The notes under the pieces were generated by a model. It worked only from the letters and a program-made list of their open reading frames with translations. It was not told the DNA's origin and made no database searches. A stretch of 64,000 bases of DNA, taken from Bryobacterales bacterium (GTDB lineage Bacteria > Acidobacteriota > Terriglobia > Bryobacterales > UBA6623). The stretch lies in contig OY729428.2 of NCBI GenBank assembly GCA_963422375.2, positions 1,728,001 through 1,792,000 on the forward strand, in the 5' to 3' direction. Shown here piece by piece: positions 19,303 to 28,593 of this stretch (the stretch's first letter is position 1; each line of letters starts with the position of its first letter). The position numbers and the translations under genes were made by a program.

Positions 19303-19695
19303 CTACGCCCCTGCTTCGGCGGCGACGTACTGCTGATACTGCTCGGCAGTGAGCAGTGCCTGCAACTCGTTGGTGTCGAAGACCGTCATCCTGACCAGCC
19401 AGCCTTCGCCGTGGGGATCGTCGTTGATTTTCTCCGGGGCGTCGATCAGGTCCGCGTTCACCGCTGTGACCTCGCCGCTGATCGGCGCGTAGATGTCTGA
19501 GACGGCCTTAACCGACTCCACCGCGCCGAAGGCTCCGTCGACTTGCAGTTTGGTGCCGGCCTCGGGCAGTTCCACGTAAACGACATCGCCGAGCTGGTCT
19601 TGGGCGTGATGCGTGATGCCGACCGTGGCGATGTCTCCATCGACCCTCACCCATTCGTGCTCGCGAGTGTAGCGGTACTCTGCCGGGTATTCCAT
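19303..19695 (-). CDS. gcvH: Glycine cleavage system H protein
   Basis: EHEWV, GITHHAQDQLGDVVYVELP, VESVKAVSD (lipoyl Lys). Confidence 0.98.
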   Translation of the reverse strand: MEYPAEYRYTREHEWVRVDGDIATVGITHHAQDQLGDVVYVELPEAGTKLQVDGAFGAVESVKAVSDIYAPISGEVTAVNADLIDAPEKINDDPHGEGWLVRMTVFDTNELQALLTAEQYQQYVAAEAGA

Positions 19696-19701
19696 GGACG
19701 T

Positions 19702-20838
19702 TCAGTGCCTCTTGCGGTCGTAGAACGGTGTCGGGACGATCTCGGCTGCGACCCGCCGCCGCCGGATCTCGATCTCGACCGGCTGGCCCTTGCCGCAGTA
19801 TTCGACCGGGAGCATGCACAGGCCGATGTTCCGGCCTAGGGCCGGGGAGGGCGACGCGCTGGTGACGCGGCCGACCTCCCGGCCGTCCGATAGGACGCGG
19901 TACCCGTCGCGCGCGATGCCGCGCCCCCTCATCTCGAAGCCCGCGATCTTGCGACGGACGCCCTCTCTCCTTTGGCGCGCGAGCCGCTCACGGCCGCAGA
20001 AGGCCTGCTTCCCGAGCTTGACGATCCAGCCGAGCCCCGCTTCGTACGGAGTGGTGTCGGCGTCGATCTCGTGACCGTAAAGGGACATGGCCGCCTCGAG
20101 CCGCAGCGTGTTCCGTGCGCCTAGGCCGCAAGGCCGGATCGACTCGCCTGCGCCGGCTGCCATGATGGCGTGCCACGTTCGCACCGCTTCGGTCGGGGGC
20201 AGGTAGACCTCGAAGCCGTCCTCCCCGGTGTAGCCGGTTCGGGCAATGATCGCGGGCGCGCCGGCGAATTCGCCTTGGGCGAACCAGTAGTATCTCATCC
20301 CGTCTAGGTCCAGACCGGTCAGGCGGCGGGCGACCGCTAGCGCCTGCGGACCTTGGATCGCCAGCTGCGCATAGCGCTCGCTGGCGAGCTCGACCTCGGC
20401 GTCGAAGGGGTTGTTGCCGCGTATCCATTCGAAGTCCGCTACCTGGTTGGCTGCGTTGACGCACAGGAGGAAGTGCTCGGTCGCGAGCCGGTGGACGAGC
20501 AGGTCGTCGAGGAACCCGCCGCGCGGATTGAGGAGACCGCTGTACTGCGCCTGGCCGTCGCGCAGGCTGGCCGCTCGGTTCGAGCAGAGCGAGTCGACCA
20601 GGTCTACGGCCTGCGGGCCGCGGACCTCGATCTCCCCCATGTGGCTTACGTCGAAGAGACCTACTCCGGTTCTGACTGCGTTGTGCTCCGCCACGACGCC
20701 CTCGTATTCGACGGGCATATCCCACCCGCCGAAACCGACCATGCGAGCCCCGGCAGCGCGATGCAGGCGGTTCAGGGGCGTGGGCCGCAAGGGGGGCTGG
20801 CGATCGGTGGCAGCCATCTGGCCAGGTGCCGCCGCCAT
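19702..20838 (-). CDS. gcvT: Aminomethyltransferase (T protein)
   Basis: FGGWDMPVEY, LFDVSHMGE, RTGYTGEDGFE, GLGARNTLRLEA. Confidence 0.97.
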   Translation of the reverse strand: MAAAPGQMAATDRQPPLRPTPLNRLHRAAGARMVGFGGWDMPVEYEGVVAEHNAVRTGVGLFDVSHMGEIEVRGPQAVDLVDSLCSNRAASLRDGQAQYSGLLNPRGGFLDDLLVHRLATEHFLLCVNAANQVADFEWIRGNNPFDAEVELASERYAQLAIQGPQALAVARRLTGLDLDGMRYYWFAQGEFAGAPAIIARTGYTGEDGFEVYLPPTEAVRTWHAIMAAGAGESIRPCGLGARNTLRLEAAMSLYGHEIDADTTPYEAGLGWIVKLGKQAFCGRERLARQRREGVRRKIAGFEMRGRGIARDGYRVLSDGREVGRVTSASPSPALGRNIGLCMLPVEYCGKGQPVEIEIRRRRVAAEIVPTPFYDRKRH

Positions 20839-20867
20839 CGGCTGCGACGGGAGTCAGGCGAAGACAT

Positions 20868-20896
20868 AACCTAGCAACCGCCCGCGAACCTGTCAA
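20868..20896 (-). promoter_or_regulatory. Putative sigma70 promoter of the gcv operon
   Basis: Minus strand reads TTGACA-N17-TAGGTT about 30 nt upstream of gcvT. Confidence 0.6.
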
Positions 20897-21038
20897 ATTC
20901 CCGAGCGCCGACGGCGGGTCGCGGACAGCCAGAGAGGTCCTTCCCGATGTCCGAGAGCGACTTGAACGGTACCGTGCCCCGGCGAGGATTCGGGCGAAGC
21001 GTCGGGCACGGTTCCGGAGGCCCGCCGGGGCGATTTCA

Positions 21039-21047
21039 TGCTATAAT
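21039..21047 (+). promoter_or_regulatory. Extended -10 promoter (TGcTATAAT) of the four-gene ATPase/helicase operon
   Basis: Perfect TGnTATAAT followed by GGGGAG RBS and ATG at 21075. Confidence 0.65.
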
Positions 21048-21074
21048 GAAAGATTAACGTTCAGGGGAGTTCGA

Positions 21075-21929
21075 ATGGCGGCCTCGGTCGCCTGTAGGCG
21101 CACGACGGAGGCAAGGCACCGAGTGGCAACGTACGAGCAAGCTCTTGCAGCGGCCGAAGCGGCCGCGCTAAAGGTCCGAGACGCAGCCGCCGCCACGAGA
21201 GTGGCGGCCGGCAGGCTGTCGAAAGCAGCCGAACTCGGCAAGATGGCGGATTTCAGAAGATTCACCGAACACCTCGACGTTTCGATCGCGACCTTGAACG
21301 AGTCGGCGGCTAGCCTGCGGGGGGCTACGGACGCGACGCTGGCGTGGCCGGGGCAGGACAGAGACTCGGGCGCGTCGTTCGAGGACTGCTACAGCGAGGA
21401 ACTTTGCCAGGTCGCGGCCTCCGAGAATGTGATAGTCGAACGGCGCGAGAGCCAGCTCGTCTCGTTTCCTTCTGTTATCCGCGTCCTTCCCGGTTCGAGG
21501 GCGCTCGAGGTCGACAAGAAGAAGGAGCACGTGACTCGGCCGTCCAAGGTCGTCGGCATCTTGCAGGCGAAGCAGAAGAGGCTGGACAAGTTCAAGCCGG
21601 AAAACTTCATCGAGGCACTCTACAAGGTCTACGCATACCTCACAGAGGATACGTCGTCCGCCAGGCTGATGGCAAACGACCGTCCGCCCGTGCTCCTGTC
21701 CAAGATCTACGGGTGCTGGAACGCGCTGCCCGGGGCTAAGTACACGAAGGCTGACTTCTCCAGGGATCTTTTCGTGCTCGATTACAAGGGAGTGCGGACG
21801 ACGAGAAAGGGGAAGTTGCTCTCGATGCAGGCAGCGACAGGTACTAGGAGGTCCGGCTTCTTCACGTTCGTCGGGCCGGACGGACAGGAAGGCAAGTACT
21901 ATTCGGTCAAGTTTTCGGAGCGAGGCTGA
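21075..21929 (+). CDS. Hypothetical protein (Ala-rich helical N-terminus; basic, possibly winged-helix C-terminus)
   Basis: Open frame with RBS (alternative GTG at 21123); stop overlaps the next start (TGATG). Confidence 0.75.
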   Translation: MAASVACRRTTEARHRVATYEQALAAAEAAALKVRDAAAATRVAAGRLSKAAELGKMADFRRFTEHLDVSIATLNESAASLRGATDATLAWPGQDRDSGASFEDCYSEELCQVAASENVIVERRESQLVSFPSVIRVLPGSRALEVDKKKEHVTRPSKVVGILQAKQKRLDKFKPENFIEALYKVYAYLTEDTSSARLMANDRPPVLLSKIYGCWNALPGAKYTKADFSRDLFVLDYKGVRTTRKGKLLSMQAATGTRRSGFFTFVGPDGQEGKYYSVKFSERG

Positions 21930-22873
21930 TGCCGAAAGCCTATTCGCCCGATGAATGGCTGGACGTGGTCGAGAGGGAATACCTGTCCGGCTTCATCCCC
22001 GACGGAGGGGCCACGATCAAGTTCGTCGTGTCTTCCGAAGGGTTGAGGAGGCGGCTGATCGAGGATGCGACGTATCGATGCGAGCGACTGGGCTACTTGG
22101 CCTTGGAGGTCGACGCAGCGACTACTCGATTCCACATGCCGCAGGACATTTTCCTGAACCTGTCGGCTCAGATTAGTTGGCCCAGCTTGGCGCGTCGCAT
22201 GGTGTTGCGACTTGCCGAGAAGAACGGCTTCAAGACGGAGGGAATCGATGCGGACAGCGTCGAAGCCGTTTACGAGGCGGTTGCCGATGCCAACGACGTG
22301 GAGATCCGCACCGTGCTGAGGGACTTGATGCACGGCATCGAGCAAGCCGTGGGCAAGAACCGCGACATGCTCAGGGACTTTCGCGAGGCGATGAGGCACC
22401 TCTGCCGAGCGGAGCGGGTTGATGATTCCCACCCGATCGTCGGCTGGCTTGGCGGGGCGCGCGTCAGCAGTGTCAGGGACTTCGGAATCTACACGAGGAT
22501 CGACCGGACCACGGCGCGGTACTTCATAGAGTCCACGCTGATCTGGATTCAACAGGTCGGGTTCAGCGGCACGGTATTGGTCTTGGACAACTCCAGGGTG
22601 ACCGAGGTCGACAGACCCAAGGACGGTAGCCAGTACTATACGAAGGCAAGGGCCATGGACCACTACGAAGTCCTGCGCGAATTCGTGGATGACGCGGACC
22701 GGCTGGTGTCGACGTTCATGCTTGTCGCCGCGGAGGAAGCGTTCGCCGACGACTCCGGGTCAAGGCGCTCGAAGGGCTACGGAATCTACGAGGCGCTGAA
22801 GACTCGCCTAATGCTCGACATTCGCGACAAGACACTGGCCAATCCGGTAGCTTCTCTGGTTCGACTGTCGTAG
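21929..22873 (+). CDS. BREX BrxD/DUF2791-like P-loop domain protein with degenerate Walker motifs
   Basis: GGATIKFVV, VGWLGG, RIDRTTARYFIESTL....VGFSGTVLVLDN, YEVLREFVDD, GYGIYEALKTRL; no GxxGxGKS/T. Confidence 0.7.
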   Translation: MPKAYSPDEWLDVVEREYLSGFIPDGGATIKFVVSSEGLRRRLIEDATYRCERLGYLALEVDAATTRFHMPQDIFLNLSAQISWPSLARRMVLRLAEKNGFKTEGIDADSVEAVYEAVADANDVEIRTVLRDLMHGIEQAVGKNRDMLRDFREAMRHLCRAERVDDSHPIVGWLGGARVSSVRDFGIYTRIDRTTARYFIESTLIWIQQVGFSGTVLVLDNSRVTEVDRPKDGSQYYTKARAMDHYEVLREFVDDADRLVSTFMLVAAEEAFADDSGSRRSKGYGIYEALKTRLMLDIRDKTLANPVASLVRLS

Positions 22874-22884
22874 GGGGAGTCCGC

Positions 22885-24165
22885 ATGCCTGACAGCAGCA
22901 ACGACCGCCATTGCGCACGGAGAGCCATTGAGGCTCTTCGAAACGGCGTGCCGAACCGCGATGCTGTCCGGTCGCTCGGCTGCGACCAGCCTAGGGCGGA
23001 AGAGGAATTCGACCGGCTCCTTGCCGCTGCTGGGTCGGGCGGAGAGGCGGAGGGCTCCACCGGCATGGTGGTGTCCGGCGATTTCGGCGAGGGCAAGTCG
23101 CACCTGCTCGCGTACTTGCACCAGAGAGCCTTGGACGAACGATTCGTTTGCAGCAAGGTGGCGATCAGCAAGGAGACGCCGCTGTACAACTTGGACAAGG
23201 TCTTCCAGTCGGCGGTTGCGAACGCCAGCGTGCCCGACCACAACGGGCGGCTGATCGAGGAGCTGGCCCTGTCTGCGAAGCTTGATTCGACCTCGTTCGG
23301 CGAGTTCTACGGATGGGTTGCCAACGAGGTCCGGCGCGAGAGACTCAGCCCCATGTTCCAAGCCACCCTGGTGGCCTACGAATGCTCCGACAACTTGGAT
23401 CTCAAGGGGCGCATCGAGGGCTTCTGGTCCGGCGGTCGGCTGAACTCCTCCGACCTCAAGAGAGGGCTGAGAGCGGTCGGCAAGCGCGAGTTCTGCGCCT
23501 TCCGCGCGCCGAGGTTGGCCGACTTGCCGCCTCAGCGCACACGGTTCCTGCTGGAGCTCGTCAAGGGGGCCGGCTACAGTGGCTGGGTGGTGCTCTTGGA
23601 CGAGATCGAATTGATCGGATCCTACTCCCAGCTGCAACGGGGCAGGGCCTACGCCGAGTTCGCTCGCTGGTTCGGTCGCGCGCCCGGCCATCGCTACCCG
23701 GGCTTGGTGGGAGTCGGTGCCGTCACGGGCGATTTCGCTATTGCTTTCATCAGCTCCAGCGGAAGGAGGAAGGACTCGGACTACATCGGCTCGAAGCTGA
23801 GCGCCCGCCCCAGGGACCAGCACTTGGCCCAGCCGGCGGAAGCGGGGATGAGTTTGCTGCAAAATGACTGCATCCCGCTGAAAGTCCTTGACGAGGAGGC
23901 AGAGCGAGCCGCCTTGGTGCGGTTGCGCGAGCTCTACAGCGAGGCCTACGGCTGGACCGCGCCCGATCCTCAGAGGATCCGTCATCCGGTCGGAGTGCAG
24001 AATCGCATGCGTTACAAGGTTCGGTCCGCGATCAACGAATGGGACCTGACGAGGCTCGATCCAGAGTCCGCGCCGGAGACAGTTGCCGACGATTTCCGGC
24101 CTAGGTTCGATGGCGTGCCAGACGCCCTTGAAGTTGGTCCCGCCGGACTCGCTGACCTTGAGTAG
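22885..24165 (+). CDS. BREX BrxD/DUF2791-like P-loop ATPase
   Basis: AIEALRNGVP, Walker A GDFGEGKSH, ISKETPL, GAGYSGWVVLLDEIE (Walker B), RGRAY; GGGGGAG RBS. Confidence 0.82.
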   Translation: MPDSSNDRHCARRAIEALRNGVPNRDAVRSLGCDQPRAEEEFDRLLAAAGSGGEAEGSTGMVVSGDFGEGKSHLLAYLHQRALDERFVCSKVAISKETPLYNLDKVFQSAVANASVPDHNGRLIEELALSAKLDSTSFGEFYGWVANEVRRERLSPMFQATLVAYECSDNLDLKGRIEGFWSGGRLNSSDLKRGLRAVGKREFCAFRAPRLADLPPQRTRFLLELVKGAGYSGWVVLLDEIELIGSYSQLQRGRAYAEFARWFGRAPGHRYPGLVGVGAVTGDFAIAFISSSGRRKDSDYIGSKLSARPRDQHLAQPAEAGMSLLQNDCIPLKVLDEEAERAALVRLRELYSEAYGWTAPDPQRIRHPVGVQNRMRYKVRSAINEWDLTRLDPESAPETVADDFRPRFDGVPDALEVGPAGLADLE

Positions 24166-24219
24166 AGCAGGCCCTTCGCGTGCTGGTCCCGGGCGGCGCG
24201 ACCTGAGAGGTGATCGGGC

Positions 24220-26287
24220 TTGCCCGTCCCGTTCGACGATCCGTCGGAGGAGGCGTCCGAACCCAGTATCGGCTGGCTGCGCTGCGTTCGGGAAGGGCAC
24301 GGCGACGAACTGCGCGTGGCGCTGTTCCAAACGGACGCGCGGGCGTCCCCGCTAGGATTCTGCTGGACCCGAGCTCACACTCGGGAACGGTTCATCGAGG
24401 CCGGGCCGGCACGGCTGCAAGCCGCGCTGGAGGCCTGCGTCGGGTCGGTATTCCGGAAAGCCGATCCGTCGCCGTCCCTGGTAGTCGGGCTCGCGAGCGA
24501 CCTTCCGACGGAGAGGTGCCTCGGCGCATTGCGAGCTGCAATCCCGTTCGGGTGGATTGAAGGCCGGCCCGGTCATGGCAGATCCCGGGCGCCTGAGCCC
24601 GTGCCTCGCGTCCGTTGGCAGGGAGCGGAACCGCGCCAAGGGACGCCGGCGCAGCGTCTGTTGCTCGCCGCGATGAACCGGGCTGACCCGGTGGAGCCCT
24701 TGGAACGAGCTGCTCGGGGGTTGGACGAGGTCTGTTCCGACACTTCGGATGGTGCTTGGGCCGGCGACCCCGACCTTGCCTTGTCGCTCGGCCCTCGCGT
24801 GCTGTCATCCTCCGTTCATTCCCGGCGAAGTCCGCCGGGCCGGTTTGACGGTCCGGCCGGCGGCTCCCCGACGCTGGCCAGTCGGATGCGCTCCGTGCTG
24901 GCGCCTGCGCCGTCTCTCGCGGCTATTGCCGGCGATCTGAACCTCGCTTGGCCCGGCTACCTCAGGCCGTTCCAAGTCGATGGGGTGCGCGCCTTGCTTG
25001 ATAGGGATCGCTTGCTTCTCGCGGACGACATGGGTCTCGGCAAGACGCTTGCAAGCCGTCGTGGCGTTCCGAATCCTGCGAGCGAAGGGCGATGCTGGCA
25101 GGTGTCTGGTAATCGCGCCGGCCAGCGTGCTCGAGCACTGGCGCAGGGAATTCGGAAAGTGGGCGCCCGAGGTCCGCACGCTCCAGGTCCGCGGAGCCGC
25201 CAACGATAGGGACTGGCAGTGGCGAGCGGACATCGACGCGTTTCTCGTGAGCTACGACACGCTGCGAATCGACCTTAGGCGCTCTGAGTTCGTCCGCCGG
25301 CGTACTTGGGACGTCGTTATCGCCGACGAGGCGCAGAGAATCAAGAACCGGAACGTCACGAGCTTCGCGATCAAGGGCGTCCTCCGCTCGCGGTCATGGG
25401 CCTTGACCGGCACACCCTTGGAGAATCGGGAGGCGGAACTGGCTTCCGTAATAGAATGCGTCGACGATGATCTCCCAGGGTACCCAACCCGGCAGGTGCC
25501 TGGACCCGCGCTACGCGCCGTGCATCGCGAGCTCCAACTCCGGCGCAAGAAGGCGGACGTACTGGAGCAGCTGCCTCCCAAGCAGGTCACCAAGCTCGGA
25601 ATCGACCTGACCCCGGGCCAGCGGGAGAGCTACGAACGAGCGGAGCGCAAGGGCATTGTCTTCCTCAAGTCCCTCGGCAAAGATGTCCGCATCACTCACG
25701 TTCTCGCGCTGATAACCCGACTGAAGCAGATCTGCAACGCCGACCCAGAATCCGGCGATTCAAGCAAGCTGGACGACATCCGGGACCGCATGGAGCAGCT
25801 CGTAGCCGAGGGCCACAAGGCGCTCGTGTTTTCGCAATTCACGGACGCCACATTCGGTGTGGCGGCCGTCGAGAGGCACTTGCGCCAGTTCAATCCCCTG
25901 TGCATCACCGGCACGACTGCCCAAGAGGACCGGGCCGGGGTTGTGGACCGGTTCAAGTCGGACAGGGCGTGCCCAGTGCTCGTCCTGTCCCTGCGCGTCG
26001 GCTCGCTGGGACTGAACTTGCAGGAAGCCTCCTACGTGTTTCACCTTGACCGCTGGTGGAATCCTGCGGTGGAACGGCAGGCCGAGGACCGCAGCCATCG
26101 CCACGGTCAGACCGTCAAGGTCAACGTCGTCAAGTACTCCTGCGTCGGCACGATCGAAGACCGCATCGACGAAATCCTCGAGGAGAAGCAGTTGCTGTTC
26201 GACGAGATCGTAGACGATGTGTCGATTGATGTCAGTGCCAGGCTGAGCTTGGAGGAACTCTTGAGTCTCTTCAACTTGCAGCGCTAG
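24220..26287 (+). pseudogene. SNF2-family (DEAD/DEAH) helicase with unknown N-terminal domain, split by a 1-bp insertion near 25048
   Basis: LRPFQ..G, LLADDMGLGKT (frame of 24220 ORF), then LQA, APASVLEHW, DEAQRIKN, LTGTPLEN, LVFSQF, GLNLQEA, WWNPAVERQAEDRSHRHGQ (frame of 24980 ORF). Confidence 0.85.
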
Positions 26288-26417
26288 ACGCCGCTCTCCG
26301 TTACGCCCGTCGACCTCTCGGGCGCTGTCAGCACGGCGGATCCGCCGAATCGCCTCAAGCCAGCCAAGCGCCGCTCGGTCGCGGCGCGGGACCGCGTCCG
26401 AGGCGCAGCACCGCCCC

Positions 26418-28553
26418 TCACTCGCGTGGCGCGCTCGCCTCCGTCCCTGGCGGCAGGGCGAACGCCCAGAATCCCATGCCCGACGCAATCGAGACAAACT
26501 GCCTCCCTCCCACCATGTAAGTCATGGGAGAGGCCTTCCATTCCTGGCTCGCCTGAAAGTGCCACAACGGCTTGCCCGTTTGCGCGTCGAGCGCCGCGAA
26601 GGCGCCGCTGTCCTCGCCGAAGAACACCAGTCCGCCAGCGGTCGAGAGCACGCCCGAGTATGTAGTCGAGTCTCCGGTTTGCGCGTAGTTCCAAACCGTA
26701 CTGCCCGTCTGCATGTCCAGGGCGCGGACGTGCCTGCGGCTCGGCGAGCCGTCCGAGAGGCGGAAGGTCCCGCCTAGCCAGGACTTGCCTCGCTGCCACG
26801 GCCGGTCGTGCTTCGTGTAGGTCATGCACGACTCGTGGACCATCAGGTAGAAGAGCTTGGTGTCCGGGCTGAAGGACGAGGCCCACCAGTTGGTGGCGCC
26901 TCGGATGCCCGGACAGACGGTGCTGCCCTCTTCGGTAGGGTCGCTGCCGGCACGCACCACGGGGCGTCCGCCCTCGTCGATCCGTTCGGCCCACGTCTGC
27001 TCGACGAACGGTTCCCCGAGCAGGAATTCGCCCGTCTCCCGGTCCAGCACGTAGAAGAAGCCGTTGCGGTTGCCTTGGAGCAGGAGCTTGCGCTGCTCCC
27101 CGCGGAACTCGGCGTTCACGAGCAGCAGGGGCTCCTGGGCGTCCCAGTCGTGAGTGTCGTGCGGGGTGAACTGGAAGTGCCATCGCAGCTCGCCTGTCGC
27201 CGGGTCGAGCGCGAGCACGGAGTTTGTGTAGAGATTGTCCCCGGGGCGGCGGTCGCCGTTGAGATCCGGGCACGGGTTCCCGGTCGGCCAGTACAGCAGG
27301 TCCAGCTCCGGGTCGTAGCTGCCTGTGAGCCACGTGGCTCCGCAGCCTTTCTCCAGAATCTCGGGGTCGCCCCAAGTCTCCGACCCCGGCTCGCCCGGGG
27401 CGGGAATGGTCCAGAATCGCCACGCGCGCTCCCCGGTCGCGGCGCGGTAGGCGTCGAGGAAGCCGCGCAGGCCCGTGTCGCCGCCAGAAATCCCGAAATA
27501 GACCAATTCTCCGACGACCAGCGGCGCGGCGATGGCGCCGTAGTGGTCGCGCGAATCCGCCATCTCCACATCCCACTCCAGCTGGCCGGTCCAGCGGTTC
27601 AGCGCGATCGCGTGCGCGTTGTCGGTGACGGTGAACAGCAGGTCGCCCAAGACGGCCACACCGCGGTTGAGGCCGATCGCGGCGTCCCCGATCAGTCCCT
27701 TGGAGCGGGGCCTGGAGTACTCCCAGATCCGCCGGCCGGTCGCGGCGTCGAGGGCGAAGACTTGATTCGTAGCCGTGACGTACATGATTCCGTCGATCAC
27801 GACGGGAGTGCCCTCGATCATGCGCTGGCCCTCGACCGGGAAGAACCAAGCGGTCGAAAGCGAGGCCGCGTTGTCGCGGCGTATCTGATCCAAGGGGCTG
27901 TGGCGGTTGCCGCTGAAGCTCCCGTGGTACGTCGGCCAGTCGGCCCGCGGTCCGCTCGCCGCCTCGCGAAACCGTTCACCCTCCCTTCGAAGCAGACGAA
28001 TACGCCCGTCGACCGTCCGGACTTGGGCGTCGAAGCCGCTCTCGTTCAGGACTACACCTCGCGCCGTGCCCCCGCCCGCTAGCTCGATGGAGACGACTCG
28101 CTCGGTATCAGCTTCGGCAGGTTCATTCGCGAGGGTATCGAGATGCGCCACGAGGCTGGCGAGATCCCGGTCGTCCAGATCGAAGGGGGGCATGCCCCGG
28201 TTGGGAACGCCCGCCCGGATCAGGGCGGCCACCTGCTCGGAATCGCTCGCGTCGAGGAACGCAAGCATGTCGGGGGCGCGGTTCGTGCCTCGACCGTCGC
28301 CGGCATGGCAGAGGACGCAATGGCGCGCGAAGAGATCCGCCCCGCGCGCCGACGGCTGCGCGACCGCCAAGCCCGGGGCTCCCACAAGGACGGCGAGTCC
28401 GGCGAGCAGGGCCCCGTGGACGGCCACGCGGCTCGCTGGCCCGCACGTTGGGTGTGCGCTGGGAGGCTGACACCCGCCTGGCGAGCCAGCCTTGGGGCTC
28501 GGACCTAGCCGCCGCGCCCCGCGCTCATGCCCGGGGCGGATGCGATCCGGCAT
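26418..28553 (-). CDS. Cytochrome c-fused PQQ beta-propeller dehydrogenase-family protein
   Basis: CVLCH haem motif; WPTYHG, FALDAATGRRIW, GDNLYTNSVLALD, PHDTHDWDA; true start probably near 28430. Confidence 0.88.
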   Translation of the reverse strand: MPDRIRPGHERGARRLGPSPKAGSPGGCQPPSAHPTCGPASRVAVHGALLAGLAVLVGAPGLAVAQPSARGADLFARHCVLCHAGDGRGTNRAPDMLAFLDASDSEQVAALIRAGVPNRGMPPFDLDDRDLASLVAHLDTLANEPAEADTERVVSIELAGGGTARGVVLNESGFDAQVRTVDGRIRLLRREGERFREAASGPRADWPTYHGSFSGNRHSPLDQIRRDNAASLSTAWFFPVEGQRMIEGTPVVIDGIMYVTATNQVFALDAATGRRIWEYSRPRSKGLIGDAAIGLNRGVAVLGDLLFTVTDNAHAIALNRWTGQLEWDVEMADSRDHYGAIAAPLVVGELVYFGISGGDTGLRGFLDAYRAATGERAWRFWTIPAPGEPGSETWGDPEILEKGCGATWLTGSYDPELDLLYWPTGNPCPDLNGDRRPGDNLYTNSVLALDPATGELRWHFQFTPHDTHDWDAQEPLLLVNAEFRGEQRKLLLQGNRNGFFYVLDRETGEFLLGEPFVEQTWAERIDEGGRPVVRAGSDPTEEGSTVCPGIRGATNWWASSFSPDTKLFYLMVHESCMTYTKHDRPWQRGKSWLGGTFRLSDGSPSRRHVRALDMQTGSTVWNYAQTGDSTTYSGVLSTAGGLVFFGEDSGAFAALDAQTGKPLWHFQASQEWKASPMTYMVGGRQFVSIASGMGFWAFALPPGTEASAPRE

Positions 28554-28593
28554 ATTCCTGCGCGCCGCGTCGACCGGATGTCTCCGCCTTGCC

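Noticed and set aside
20840..21070. Glycine riboswitch upstream of gcvT
   Set aside because: Only a GGACCTCTCTGG fragment; no GGAGA/CCGAAG/CTCTCAGG core, and the predicted promoter leaves too short a leader
25040..25060. Programmed +1 frameshift in the SNF2 gene
   Set aside because: CTT is followed by GCA, not a stop, and no internal SD-like stimulator is evident
21929..26287. Calling the operon canonical BREX or Shango
   Set aside because: No pglZ, pglX, brxC or TerB-domain gene nearby, and the helicase is SNF2-type
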